A stretch of DNA of 64,000 nucleotides from the human T2T-CHM13v2.0 reference genome, Homo sapiens. Location of the stretch: assembly GCF_009914755.1 (NCBI RefSeq), contig NC_060930.1. The stretch is one strand, 5' to 3'. A program made the position numbers and the translations under genes. The notes beneath the pieces were generated by a model, which did no database searches, was not told the origin of the DNA, and saw only the letters and a program-made list of their open reading frames with translations. Each line of letters starts with the position of its first letter. Position 1 is the first letter of the stretch. This document shows positions 32,983 to 45,710 of this stretch, one piece after another.

Positions 32983-35900
32983 GAAAATTGTTCTTTATTT
33001 GAAGCTAAAAAAGAAAAAGGTGGGCTTGAGGGTAGTAAAATTGGGTCATCTGTGACTTTATTGCTGATTTGGTATTTTGAATCATTGCACAGGTGAAATA
33101 AAATATTCCTCACAAATATTTAGTGGGATTCTAGCTTAGACTAAAAAAAATTATATAATTACTTTGTGTTAGTAAATGGAAAGGATGTAATTATGAGATA
33201 ATTTAAATAGAAGCTTTTCTACTTGACACCAAAATGGTGCTCTAAGAGTACTGTAGAACTTGCCTCCAGAATTTTGTGATTTTTGGCCTCTAGTGTGTTG
33301 CTTTCCACGCTGATTTTATTAAGTAATATTTTATTAATTAAAAAGAAGCCAATGTAGTATACTAAAACTGAGTTCAATGTAAAGTGAATAAAAATCATTT
33401 AAAGTGTTCAAACATTTATCTCTGTTTTCTATTTCTTGAATTCATTCTCTAATAATAAATTCTCTTGGGATAAAATGTATTCTCTTGTCCTGTGCAATGA
33501 GTTATGTCAAACCATTCTATTCAAACAGTACTACATTTTATTAATATGCTTCTAGGCAAACTGCCAAAGAAGAAAAACAAGTTCTAATTTTTAAATACTC
33601 TAGACAGCTTATTATAGCTTAGGCTGAAATACAAAACTAAGGCAGGCAGATCAAGCACACCTACATTCCAGTGTGCACTTTTATATGGCCTTTCTTAATT
33701 CCAAGAGATGTATTTGATTAAACACATTAGCAGAAATAATAACACTGCTATTAGTAATTTGCTATTTGGATAAATCTGCCTTTAAAATAAGTTAGACATG
33801 CACACTAAATTCAATTTGTCATTGCATTTGGTTATTTATATACCTAATGCCATATGGCTGTTTGACCAGGCTCTTTCTGCTTTGCAAAGGAGAATCTTTA
33901 CCCGTCGAAAAACATGAACTTACGAGGATAAGAAAGTCTAACGGAGGCAACAAGGTCATATTAAAATGACTTGTGGGTTTTTTTCTCCTGCTTCTTTACT
34001 CTCATAGGACCATGATTATATAGTCTTCCTTTTAATTCATGCACATAAATAAACATATTCCAAATGGTATAAGATGGATTATACTGCTGAGAACTTTCTT
34101 ACACTTTTTAGCTTGAAGAATCCAGGAGAATACCACACACGAGATGCAAATAGATAGATTTCTAACACCCAGCAGAAAACTAAAAGTTTTAAGATACCCA
34201 TGTTTCTCAATTAAATTTTATCAGCATATGAAAAAAAACAATTTGAAGATTCTCATACTTGTTTTTTCAGATTTGATTATCTACAACACCAAGATACCTC
34301 AAATGGTTATGAATTTCCCCTTTCAAATAGTTCTGTTAAGTATCATTAAATATTTTGTAAAATATGTTTTAGGTTCCTAAGTGGGTTAAATTTACATTAT
34401 TCATCCACCATGAAGAATAATGAGTAATTATAATCTCTTTCTTGCCCAAAAGGAGAGTTAGTTCCCAGAAATGAAATCCTGGTTAAGTTTTGCTGTATAC
34501 CACTTCCAACACAAATTGCCCACCACAGATTAAAACTTGGCTCTGTATGTAAGAATATGTCCTGTTTGAAATTGCAGTAAGATACAACATATGGGAAAAA
34601 ATGGAGCACTTGGAATAACTTGGCAAAATAATTTAGAAAATGAAATGTTATAAAATGCAATGTATAAGTAATGTTTTCTCTAATGATCATTTAAAGATGC
34701 AGTTATAACAAGACAATCTTTTGCTCTCTTCTTTTTATTCTGTTATAGCTTTACAAAAATGACTTTCTGCACGGAAGCTGATCTATTTGCTCACGCCTTT
34801 CCCACTTGTTTTGAAAAAGTCTAAGAAAAACGTACTTATATATATATTATTTTACTCAAAGTTGAAATACACATGCTTACTCTTTCTTAAGAGAGGCCTA
34901 ATTGTTGAAATATTTCATTTCTCAGAAACTTAGTGTAAATATTTTCTGAGTGAGCAATGAAGCCAGTAAAAAATATTCATAAATGGAAATATTATACTTA
35001 TTTAAAACTCATTAATGATTTTAAAGCTGTATAGGATGATATAAACATTTAAAACTTGTTCTAACAAGCAAATAGTCAAATGAAATATGTTTCAATATCT
35101 AAAAAGTTCCATTAATTTTTATTATCTTCCTCCTTTTTTAATATAGCATGCACAAAAGGGAGAAAGAAATTTAGGAGCAAAAATTATGCTCCCACCTTTT
35201 ATATATGAAATTTATTTTTATACAGGTATTCACATGACCTAGAATTTAAGCTGCTATCTTTCCCTAGGAAAGACAAAGGCAAACTGAGAGAACCATTCCT
35301 TTTTGTCCTCCACTGTCAGGTAACCTGTGCATTTCAGTGAGGAAAATGTTGACATGCATACTCCTGTCTTTTAATGAATTACTTGAATTCCAGACTCCTG
35401 GGAGTATTGACTGTAGATAAAATATATGAATTTAAAGTCAAACAGATAAAAGTTCAATAGCAAGTTCTTCCATCCTTATCTGCCTCAAATATAGGATGGG
35501 AACCAGAATAGCTTCTGCCTTATAAGCTATTATGATGCATCCCTATAAAATAATATGGCACAGGTCTGCCACATAGGACATGTTTAATCAATGTTTATTA
35601 TTACTTTGTTACATGAGAACAATAACTTTAAAATATAATGATAAATGCTATCTTCACTGAACACTTACTTCAGGCTTTGGGTAAGTACCTTACATGTGTT
35701 GCATAATTTAATTCTACAATGTTATTAATCCATTTTACAAATGCCATGATTGACAGGTATCGGTTCCTGATTCAAAGTATTCCAAGGTTACTTTTTTTTG
35801 TATTTTTTTAACAACTCCTGGTTTAAAGAGGAGATTCACATAAAAGTGCATATATATCTTGCATATACATTAAAAATAATATTTTGTGGATATTTCTCTG

Positions 35901-36127
35901 TTATGGCAGATATTACCACGTTAGACATTTTTTCTGAAATATTTTCTTGGATTAAGATATTACTAGATTGAGTTACAAAAATCAATAAATTAATTACATT
36001 TTTCAAAAGGCTATTTCAATTTATGTATGTTTATTTTAACAGATCTGATATTTGGCATTTTTGTTCTACTTCTGACTAATAGGCATCATCAGTTTGATTC
36101 ATTTCTGTAGTGTGATTTCATAAATAA

Positions 36128-36460
<333 letters not shown>

Positions 36461-36675
36461 TTAATATTATCATTTGATAATAAGAACAATGAAATCTTCA
36501 AATACCCAGAAACAAATATAAATATTTATAAATATAAAAGTGTAAAACAAGTGTATACAAATTAAATATATGAAAAATTCAACAAATGCAGAAGTTTAAA
36601 ATCTAATTTTAATATGAACCAAATATCATACTGTGTGTGTGTGGGTATGTGATAATTTGCACACAAAATGACTAA

Positions 36676-38932
36676 TGATATGGTTTGGCTGTGCCCCACC
36701 CAAATCTCATCTAGAAGTCCCATGTATTGTGGGAGGTACCAGGTGAGAGGAAATTGAATCATGGGGGCAGGTCTTTCCCATACTGTTCACATGGTAGTGA
36801 ATAAGTCTCATAACATCTGATGGTTTCATAAGGGGGAGTTTCCCTGCACATGCTCTCTTCTCTTGTCTGCCACCATTTGAGACATGCCTTTCACCTTCCA
36901 CATGATTGTGAGGGCTCACCAGCCAGGTAGAATTATAAGTCCATTAAACCTCTTTCTTTTGTAAATTGCCCAGTCTTGAGTATGTCTTTATCAGCATTGT
37001 AAAAATGGATTAATACAGTAAATTGGTACCAGTAGAGTGGGGTAGTGCTGAAAAGATACCTGAAAATGTGGAAGCAACTTTGGAACTGGGTAATAGGCAG
37101 AGGTTGGAACAATTTGGAGGGCTCAGAAGAAAACAGGAAAATGTGGGAAAGTTTGGAACTCCCTAGAGACTTGTTGAATGGCTTTGACAAAAATGCTGAT
37201 AATGATATATATGGACAATGAAATCCAGGCTGAGGTGGTCTCAGATGGAGATGAGGAACTAGTTGGGAACTGGAGCAAAGATGACTTTTGTTATGTTTTA
37301 GCAAAGAGACTGGTGGCATTTTGCCCCTGCCCTAGAGATTTGTGGAACTTTGAACTTGAGAGAGATGATTTAGGGTGTCTAGTGGAAGAAATTTCTAAGC
37401 AGCAAAGCATTCAAGAGGTGACTTGGGTGCTGTTAAAGGCACTCAGTTTTAAAAAGGTAACAGAGCATAAAAGTTGGGAAAATTTGCAGCCTGACAATGT
37501 GATAGAACAGATAATCCCATTTTCTGAGGAGAAATTCAATTTGGCAGCAGAAATTTGCATAGGTAACAAGGTGCCGAATGTTAGTCACTAAGACAGTGGG
37601 CAAAATGTCCCCAGGGCATGTCAGAGACTTCTGAGGCAGCCCTTCCCACGACAGACCAGAGGCTTAGGTGGAAAAAATGGTTTTGTGGGCCAGGCCCAGG
37701 GTCCCTCTGCTGTGTACAGTCTAGGGACTTGGTGCCCTGCATCCTAGATGCTCCAGCCATGACTAAAAGGGGCCAAGGTACAGCTCAGGCTGTTGCTTCA
37801 GAGGGTGGGAGCCTAAAGCCTTGGCTTTGGTGTTGAGCCTGTGGGTGCACAGAAGTCAAGAATTGAGGTTTGGGAACCTCCACCTAGACTTCAGATGATG
37901 TATGGATATGCCTGGATGCTCAGGCAAAAGTTTGCTGGAGGGGTGAGACCCTCATGGAGTACTTCTGCTAGGGCAGTGCAGAAAGGAAATGTGGGGTCAG
38001 AGCCCCACACAGAATCCCTACTGGAGCACCACCTAGTGGAGCTGTGAGAAGAGGGCCACCATCCTCCAGACTCCAGAATGGTAGATCTACAAATAGCTTG
38101 CAACATGCACCTGGAAAAGCCACAGATACTTAACACCAGCCCATGAAAGCAGCCAGTAGAGGGCTATACTCGCAAAGCCACAGACGCAGAGCTGCCCAAG
38201 GCTGTGTAAGCACACCTCTGGTATCGGCATGACCTGGATGGGAGACATGGAGTCAAAAGAGATCATTTTGGAGCTTTAAGTTTTGACTGCTCTGCTGGAT
38301 TTTGGACTTGCATGGGGCCTGTAGCCCACCACTTTGTTTTGGTCAATTTCTCCCATCTGGAATAGCTATATTTACCCAATGCCTGATCCCCATTGTATCT
38401 AGGAAGTAACTAACTTACTTTTAATTTTACAGGCTCATAAGCAGAAGGCACTCGCCTTGTCTCAGATGAGACTTTGGACTGTGGACTTTTGAGTTAATGC
38501 TGAAATGAGTTAAGACTTTGGGGGACTGTTGGGAAGGCATGATTGGTTTTGAAATGTGAGGACATGAGATTTGGGAGGGGCTGGGGCAGAATGATATGGT
38601 TTGGCTGTGTCCCCACTGAAATCTCATCTTGAATTCCCACGTGCTGTGGGAGGGACCTGGTGGGAAGTAATTGAATCGTGAGGGCAGGTCTTTCCCATGC
38701 TATTCTCATGATAGTGAATAAGTCTCATGAGATCTGTTGGTTTTATAAGGGGGAATTTCCCTGCACAAGTTCTCTTCTTGTCTGCCACCATGTGAGATGT
38801 GTCTTTCACTTTACATGTGATTGTGAGGCCTCCCCAGCTACCTGGAATTGTAAGTCCATTAAACCTCTTTCTTTTGTAAATCGTCCAGTCTCAGATATAT
38901 CTTTATCAACAGTGTGAAAACAGACTAATACA
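36676..38932 (+). mobile_element. Complete THE1 (ERVL-MaLR) element: 5' LTR 36676-37017, internal 37018-38591, 3' LTR 38592-38932
   Basis: Both LTRs start tgatatggtttggctgtg and end taataca; internal region starts gtaaattggtaccagtagagtgggg; purine tract before the 3' LTR; 5-bp TSD actaa at 36671-36675 and 38933-38937. Confidence 0.96.
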
Positions 38933-39820
38933 ACTAATATGCAGAATCTATAAGGAACTTAAACAAATCAATAAGAAGAAAACAACCCCATTAAAAAAGT
39001 GGGCAAAGACATGAACAGACATTTCTCAAAAAAAGACATACAGGTAACCAACAAACACGAGCAAATGTTCAACATCACTAATCATCAGAGAGAGGCAAAT
39101 CAAAACCGTAATGAGATACCATCTCACACCAGTCAGAACGGCTATTATTTAAAAAGTCAGAACACAACATGTCAGAGAGGTTGCAGAGAAAGGGAACGCT
39201 TATAGACTATTGTTGGGAATGCAAATTAGTTCAGCCACTATGGAAAGCAGTTTACAGATTTCCCAAAGAACTGAAAATAAAATTGCCACTTGACACTGCA
39301 ATCTCATTACTAGGGATATAGCTAAAGGAAACTAAATTGTTCTAACAAAAAGATACCTGCAATCATATGTTTATCACAACAATGTTCACAATAACAAAGA
39401 CATAGAATCAACCCAGGTACCCATCTATGGTGGACTAATGACATTGTGGTACATATACACCATGGAATACTACACAGCCATGAAGAAAGAATGAAATAAC
39501 ATCCTTTTGTAGCAACATGGATGCAGCTGGGGCCATTATCTTAAGCAAATTAATGTAGAAACAGAAAAATAATTCATGTTCTCACTTACAAGTGGGAACT
39601 CAACATTGGGTCCACATGAACACAACCATGGGAAAAACAGACACTGGGGACTCCAACAGTGGGGAAGGGGGTGGACAAGAGTTGAAAAACTACCTGTTGG
39701 GTACTATGTTCACTACTTGGGTGATGAGATCATTATGAGCCCAAACCCAGCATTATGCAGTATACTGATGTAACAAGCCTACACATGTACCCTCTGAATC
39801 TAAAATTTAAAAAAATAATA
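38933..39820 (+). mobile_element. L1 3' fragment (L1PA16/L1PB-like), THE1 inserted near its 5' edge
   Basis: ORF2 C-terminus remnant ([13 protein letters not shown]; MFSLTSG) and 3' end acacatgtaccctctgaatctaaaa. Confidence 0.85.
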
Positions 39821-40425
39821 ATAATTTTCACAGATAATCCTCTACCTGCTTAGTTTGTTAACAGAGCTATTAAGTGTTGACTGGATCTCCAAAAAGAAAA
39901 GCTCGATATTTTTAAGTTAGTTAATATCTCTGAGCCTCAATTTCCTAATCTATAGAGATAATAACAGACCTTCTTCAGAGGTAAATTTACAATGAAATTA
40001 ATAAAGCCTAAGTTCAGGGTTCTAACAATGTGTTCACATGATCTGTTGTTTCTGCAAAGTTTTCAAAATCGTGTACTCTTTCAAATAAAGATGCCTTACC
40101 CACAATCGCATAACTTCATACCTTGCCAAATTAGATCCTTCTCTTGTTCACCTCAGTGATTATATTGATGATTAAATTAGATAGTAAATGTAAAGCTTTA
40201 GGACTATGCCTATAACATAGAAAATACATGATTAGTGTTCACTATTATTATTATTATCAAATATTTTAGTTTGTATTTATTCTTCTAATTGTTATATACA
40301 ATTGAATATGTTACATCTTAAATAGCATGAGTTATGGGTGTTTAAGGAAAAGCTTAGTATACTAATAGAGTCTTCTCAAATCTGGAGAAAGAAATAGTAT
40401 GAAATATATTGATTTAAATGTTAGA

Positions 40426-40431
40426 TTTATT
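40426..40431 (-). terminator. NMBR: Polyadenylation signal AATAAA, likely main NMBR site
   Basis: tttatt on the plus strand, followed downstream on the minus strand by a T-rich stretch (atttctttctcc). Confidence 0.6.
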
Positions 40432-40738
40432 GATACATGCTTTTAAAAATGGTAGCTTTTAAACTGTAATCAATACATTTGCATTTTCCTAAAAAAAGAA
40501 GACATTTGTTCAGAGAAAACTGTGGTATCATGCAGGAAAAGCAGAAAAAAATTGCCTAAGTGTGATCCCACATACTTGTCAGTTGGGTATTGCAAGAGAG
40601 GATGAGTAAATGGTTGAACTCACTGGAATTACACAAATCTTATCACATCTATACACAATCATCCAAATATTCGAGGATTTAGCAATGTATACTAAGATGG
40701 CCATGCAAACTTGTGAGTTGTAGCTTTGCAATTTGGGA

Positions 40739-40860
40739 CATATGATACCTATTTTACATTCATAATGTAAATCATATTCATATGATACCTATTTTACATT
40801 CATAATATAAATTATATTCATATCATATCTATTTTATAATTCATAATATTAATTTCATTA
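40739..40860. repeat. 40-bp tandem repeat, about 3 copies, in the NMBR 3' UTR
   Basis: Unit catatgatacctattttacattcataat[g/a]taaat[c/t]atatt; copies 1 and 2 differ at 2 sites, copy 3 is more diverged. Confidence 0.9.
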
Positions 40861-41572
40861 TATCTGTTAATCACATACTTAGAATTACAGATATGAATTA
40901 TTTCTATAAATTATGATTAATCACAGAATCACAATAAATACCAATTTGATTAAGCTCCACCTTTGAATTTTTTCTTATTTTCTTAAAATGAAGGATGTGT
41001 GTGTGTGTACATATATACATATACATATATATATACACACACACACACACTCATGCAATAGTTGTGAATTGAATGAAATTCACCAGGACAATCTGACTTG
41101 TATTTCAAATAATAGGAGTTTGAATATTACCCTCACTGAATCATTGAGTCAATATAGAAATTTATTTCATGCTTCAAGATAAAACAAAACCTAAGACAAA
41201 TATGCTAGAACTGGCTTTAGCAACAGCCTAAATACTAAAGCAATGTTAAATTATACATATTGCATTGGTTTGGGGATCATCTTAAATGTGAAATATATAT
41301 AATGTACATGTGTGTACATGTGTGTGTGCAAATACATATATATACATATATGTATTATATGTAGTGATTTAAAGTCTTTTCTCATATTCTAATTATTAGG
41401 AAATGAAAAGAGAAAAAATAAAGTCTAGTGTAGAGAAAAAATGTCTTGCATTTTCTGAGTCAATCATGCAATTGCCTAATAAATTAGCTAAGCAACAGCA
41501 AGTTCTGATCTGCCGAATAGGAATTTTAACAGTTACTAAGTTCTCTCCAGGTAGTGAGTTGAATGGCCAAAA

Positions 41573-41974
41573 TCACAGTGCCATTTCCTGCTTCATGCTG
41601 TGCCCATTTAGTAAAACAGAATTGGTCACCATGTTCTTAGCATTGCTTTTCAGAGATGTCATACGCACCGCTGAAGAGCTGAGTAGGTAGCTGGTTCCTC
41701 TCTCTTGATAGGACTTCCTCCCACAGCAGAGTTGGCTGTTGAAATGCCTCCTGAAGCTTTCACTGAGTAGGTAAAGAGCAAATGGGTTGACACAAGAATT
41801 GCCAAAACTGAGAACCCGGGCAACTAAGGTGACAATCATGTGGCCTAGAGATGGATCAATCTCATTATAGTTGAAAGACCGATACATGTAAAGGATGTGG
41901 TTTGGAAACCAACAGAAGATGAAACAGCCCACAAAGACAAGCACAATTTTAGCCAGGCGTTTCCGTGTTTCCAT
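41573..41974 (-). CDS. NMBR: Neuromedin B receptor, third coding exon (aa 258-390: TM6, TM7, C-tail)
   Basis: Acceptor ttgcag|ATG at 41975/41974; METRKRLAKIVLVFVGCFIFCWFPNH...NSCVNPFALY...QLCCGRK...QEMAL* with CWxP and NPxxxY motifs. Total CDS 422+349+402 = 1173 nt = 390 aa plus stop. Confidence 0.99.
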   Translation of the reverse strand: METRKRLAKIVLVFVGCFIFCWFPNHILYMYRSFNYNEIDPSLGHMIVTLVARVLSFGNSCVNPFALYLLSESFRRHFNSQLCCGRKSYQERGTSYLLSSSAVRMTSLKSNAKNMVTNSVLLNGHSMKQEMAL

Positions 41975-44479
41975 CTGCAAATATAAGAAATTGATCCCAT
42001 TGGTTAAAGTGAAAATGGAACCAGCCACATACCAACTTTATCAAGTCAGGAAAGAGCAAAATTTACAGCATGATAATACATCCAAAATACATAAATTATT
42101 TATTTTCCTCACCAAAGTGATGATGGATTTTAACAGTTTGATAAGCTTATTTTGGTCTCTACATTATTTGCATTAATAAATATTTGACAGCTTATACAAA
42201 ACTAAGTGGTAAATTACTAAATGCTGTCTTCATATTATTTATTTATTTTCTTTTTGCTTAATGTCTCATTGTGTGTAACATAAATATAAGTCATTTCTGT
42301 TTGTATTAAATCCACTAAATTAATAAACCATAGAATATATTCAAGCTTAGGTGTTTTAAAAAAATCAGGGTGTTTTAAATAGGAAAAACTGATCTGATGA
42401 AGCAGGGCTTGCTGTTTAAAACTACCACTCCACAGGAAAACAAAATAGCAACTTGAAATTTAAACTCCTGACTTACACAAATCAAAAGCATCTGATATAA
42501 CCGTGAATCCTGTAAACATTATTATATTGTCACATTCACAAATAAAAATAAATTTTCCTTCTCCATAAAATTTACATATTATGTTTACTGTTTCTAAGAG
42601 GGTATTCAAGAGTGTAATAAATAGGCAAAATTCAAATATTGGACATCAATACTTTTTAATCTAAAAACAATTTCCTAACATCAGTAGTTCAAGGGGTACC
42701 TTACATTTGTCTAATTTGTTTAAATACTTAATTAAACCAACATGGACATGGAATACCAATTTATTGAAAGACATTGGTAGTAGGTATCATAATATTTTCT
42801 GAGTGAATACTACTGGTCGTCAACTAGAATATTCCAAAGAAGACTGGAAAGGTTTGGGATTGGAACATATCTGATGGTAGGTAGCAATAGAGTGGTAATG
42901 GAGGAAGCGAAGAAAGGTAAAACTGAAGAGGAACCCAGGCCAGGAAGCAGAATGTGATGTTCCACATGGATCCCAGTGGCATAAGTTAGGCAACCCAACA
43001 ATCAATCCTAAGAAAGTCAAATGTGAAATTTATCTTTCTAAGCAGTGTCATGCCTTCCAGGTGGACCATGAGTGCAAGAATGTCACAGCAGTCTATACTT
43101 GGAGATTCAAGTGCACAGGCAGGCTGTTGGCATTGAGATTATTTCTCAGCAGATGTCAAGACCCAGTTGCCCTGCCAGAGTCTATAGGTCCCAATAGGGA
43201 AATTCACAAAAACAAGGCAGGCAGACCAAGGCCAATAAAAATTTAAAAAGTGAAGCAAGGGCTCTGTATATGAGAAAAACTCAACTTTAGAAACCAAAAG
43301 CAAATACTCAAATACCTAATTGAGATACACAGGGCTCAAATTGGGTCACAGGGCTCAAGTAAAAGAACTAATTATATAAAATAGAAAGCACAGTGAGCCA
43401 ATGATCTGAACACATTGCCTCACTGATGCCAAATATTTAGAGAAAGTCTATGAATTAATCTAACAATGCCTTCAATAATTGGGTGATTTTTTAAGTCTTT
43501 AAAGCCGATGTGGATCTTTGATGTTGATGGCCACCAATTCATAAAGGTTACCTTCCATGCAAGAAAACTTTACTAGTTTCTGCTGTTGCTAACATGCCCA
43601 AGGCCCCAGCCTAATGCTCCATCTATGTTCTAGTAAATTTTAAATGATCTGCGATTCAATTTCTTTGCCTTTAATTTGGAAACAAGCATCGGTAACTACT
43701 CTGTACCTGCAAAACCCGTTAGAAGTTCTTTTCTAGCTGTACACAAATGTACAACCAGAAACTCTTTGTCACAAGAACACTATTTCTCTTTGTGTATTAA
43801 CACAGTAGATTTTTACCTTAAATTAGTACTGCATATTCTTGAAGGAAGAAAAAGTACATAAGGTGCATGATGTAATTTTTAAATGAGCGTATTATCTTTG
43901 TAGGGAAAGTTACAAATTTGAGTTGGGTCACGTACTGCTTCAGCACCAGCCCACCTTTGGATTGCACCTTTGGGTTCCTTTTCTGCTGCTCTTGCTATTC
44001 CCCTCATCTCTCATTCTGACTTCCACCCAAATCCCATCCCAAGATCCCAGGCAGTGTCCTATAGTCCTTTCCTGATGCATCCTTCTTCTAGACTCCCTGC
44101 CATCCTTAGTGGGTTAATGGGAGAAGAGACAATAATCAAATTAATGTATGCTCATATGTGAAATTTTTCTGGTTTATTATGTTGTTTGTTAAATAAAAAT
44201 CTGCATGTAAAACAGGCCTTTCAATACATTAATTTCTAATGGTGGAATGTCAGGCCTTATCACAGATCCAGATAAATGATAAACTGAACCTAAGCAGGCC
44301 TTTGCAGGGCTCTGATATGACCATATATTAGAGATCCCCACATATCCCTTCTAGTTAAGGCCTGTGAAGGCCCAACTCTGTTCTCCTCAGTCATAGGATT
44401 AAAAGCCCACAAAATAAAACAATAAATAGCAGTTACTTGTTCTGACCACACACCACCAACCCACGCCTACTAAGCTTAC

Positions 44480-44828
44480 CTGTTTTTTGGTATGTTCATT
44501 GTATTCTCCAGGAAGATTGTGTGCGCTTTTAATTAAGGTCTTTGCAATATGATAATAATAAATGCTAATAATAGCAAGTGGTATGAGGAAATAGACCAAG
44601 AAAATGAGCACTGAATGAATCTTTGGATGTAATTCATCTGTTTGAGGGTATGGGATACATGCTGTGAAGCTGCTATTATCCAAGCTACTGATGCGAGCCA
44701 CTTCTGAAAACACCGCTTCGGGAACTGCCAGCAACACGGAGACCACCCAGATACCCATGGCCTTCACACAGGTCCGCAGCAATGCCCCTGACGTCTGCAT
44801 GTCCATGGGGTTAACGATGGCTCTGTAC
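44480..44828 (-). CDS. NMBR: Neuromedin B receptor, second coding exon (aa 141-257: DRY motif, TM4, ECL2, TM5, ICL3)
   Basis: Acceptor ttttcccag|G at 44829/44828 completes the AG|G Arg codon of DRY ([11 protein letters not shown]...). Donor CAG|gtaagc at 44480/44479. 349 nt; cumulative 771 nt = 257 codons. Confidence 0.99.
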
Positions 44829-44859
44829 CTGGGAAAATGATACATCTCAAGTTATTCCA

Positions 44860-45160
44860 GAAAGAAAGGAAAGAAAAAAGAGAAAGAAAAGAAAGAAAGA
44901 AAAAGAAAGGAAGAAAGGGAGAGAGAGAGAAAGGAAGAAAGGGAGAGAGAGAGAAAGAAAGAAAGAGAGAAAGAAAGAGAGAAAGAGAGAGAGAAAGAGA
45001 GAAAGAAAGAAAGAGAGAAAGAGAGAGAGAGAAAGAAAGAAAGAAAGAAAGAAGAAAGAAAGAAAGAAAAAGAAGAGAGGAGAGGAGAGGAAAGGAAAGG
45101 AAAGGGAAGGAGAAAAGAAAAGGGAAGGAAGGAAGGAAGGAAAGAAGGGAGAAGAGAAAA
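44860..45160. repeat. About 300-nt pure purine (plus) / pyrimidine (NMBR sense) compound microsatellite (GAAA, GA, GGAA units)
   Basis: Direct observation; ends about 30 nt upstream of the exon 2 acceptor. Confidence 0.97.
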
Positions 45161-45186
45161 ACATTCTGCTTAGTAAGAGAGATGCC

Positions 45187-45710
45187 AACAATATTCTGTC
45201 TTTATAGCTCAAATTTATTTATTCCCTGGCTGCTTAAAAGTGTATGGAAGACCTAAGGTTCCTGGTGTCTCTCAGTCTACAAGTCATTCCACTACTTATT
45301 AGCACAGAAAACAAAAAGAGAGAGAAAAATATTTTAAATTTGCATTTCCTAAATCCTAGTCATTTCATTTCCAAAATCCTGGACATTAGTTTACCTCTTA
45401 AATTCTTCTAAATCTATATATGTTACATCTATCATAATGTATTGAATACCAAATATAAGATATTCACAAAATAATATTATTCAATTCTTCCTTGATACTT
45501 TTCCATAGCTTCTGAGCATGAGCCCCTTCACTCTTTTTCTAAGGACATTAATGAATTTTAGAAACTAATCTAGATTGGTCATACTACATTTTGACAAAAT
45601 AAAATAAATAAAAGACTCATCTAGATTGGGATTTTCTCCATAATCCAATAATAAGGACTGAAAAACTTGAAAGCAGAACAATATTCTGTCTTTATAGCTC
45701 AAATTTATTT
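45187..45710. repeat. Perfect 34-bp direct repeat (45187-45220 and 45677-45710)
   Basis: aacaatattctgtctttatagctcaaatttattt occurs twice, 490 bp apart. Confidence 0.95.

Larger units (their letters stand above)
40410..41572 (-). other. NMBR: NMBR 3' UTR (probable extent)
   Basis: AU-rich sequence after the stop with an AATAAA at 40426-40431 (minus strand). A more proximal AATAAA sits at 41161-41166. The end coordinate is inferred. Confidence 0.6.

Noticed and set aside
40739-40860. 40-bp repeats as a CRISPR-like array
   Set aside because: Head-to-tail repeats with no unique spacers, in a eukaryotic 3' UTR with no cas genes.
43939-43947. RE1 left half-site TTCAGCACC in intron 2
   Set aside because: No GGACAG right half-site nearby.
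44837-45256. K/E/R-rich and F/L/S-rich ORFs
   Set aside because: Translations of the purine/pyrimidine microsatellite.
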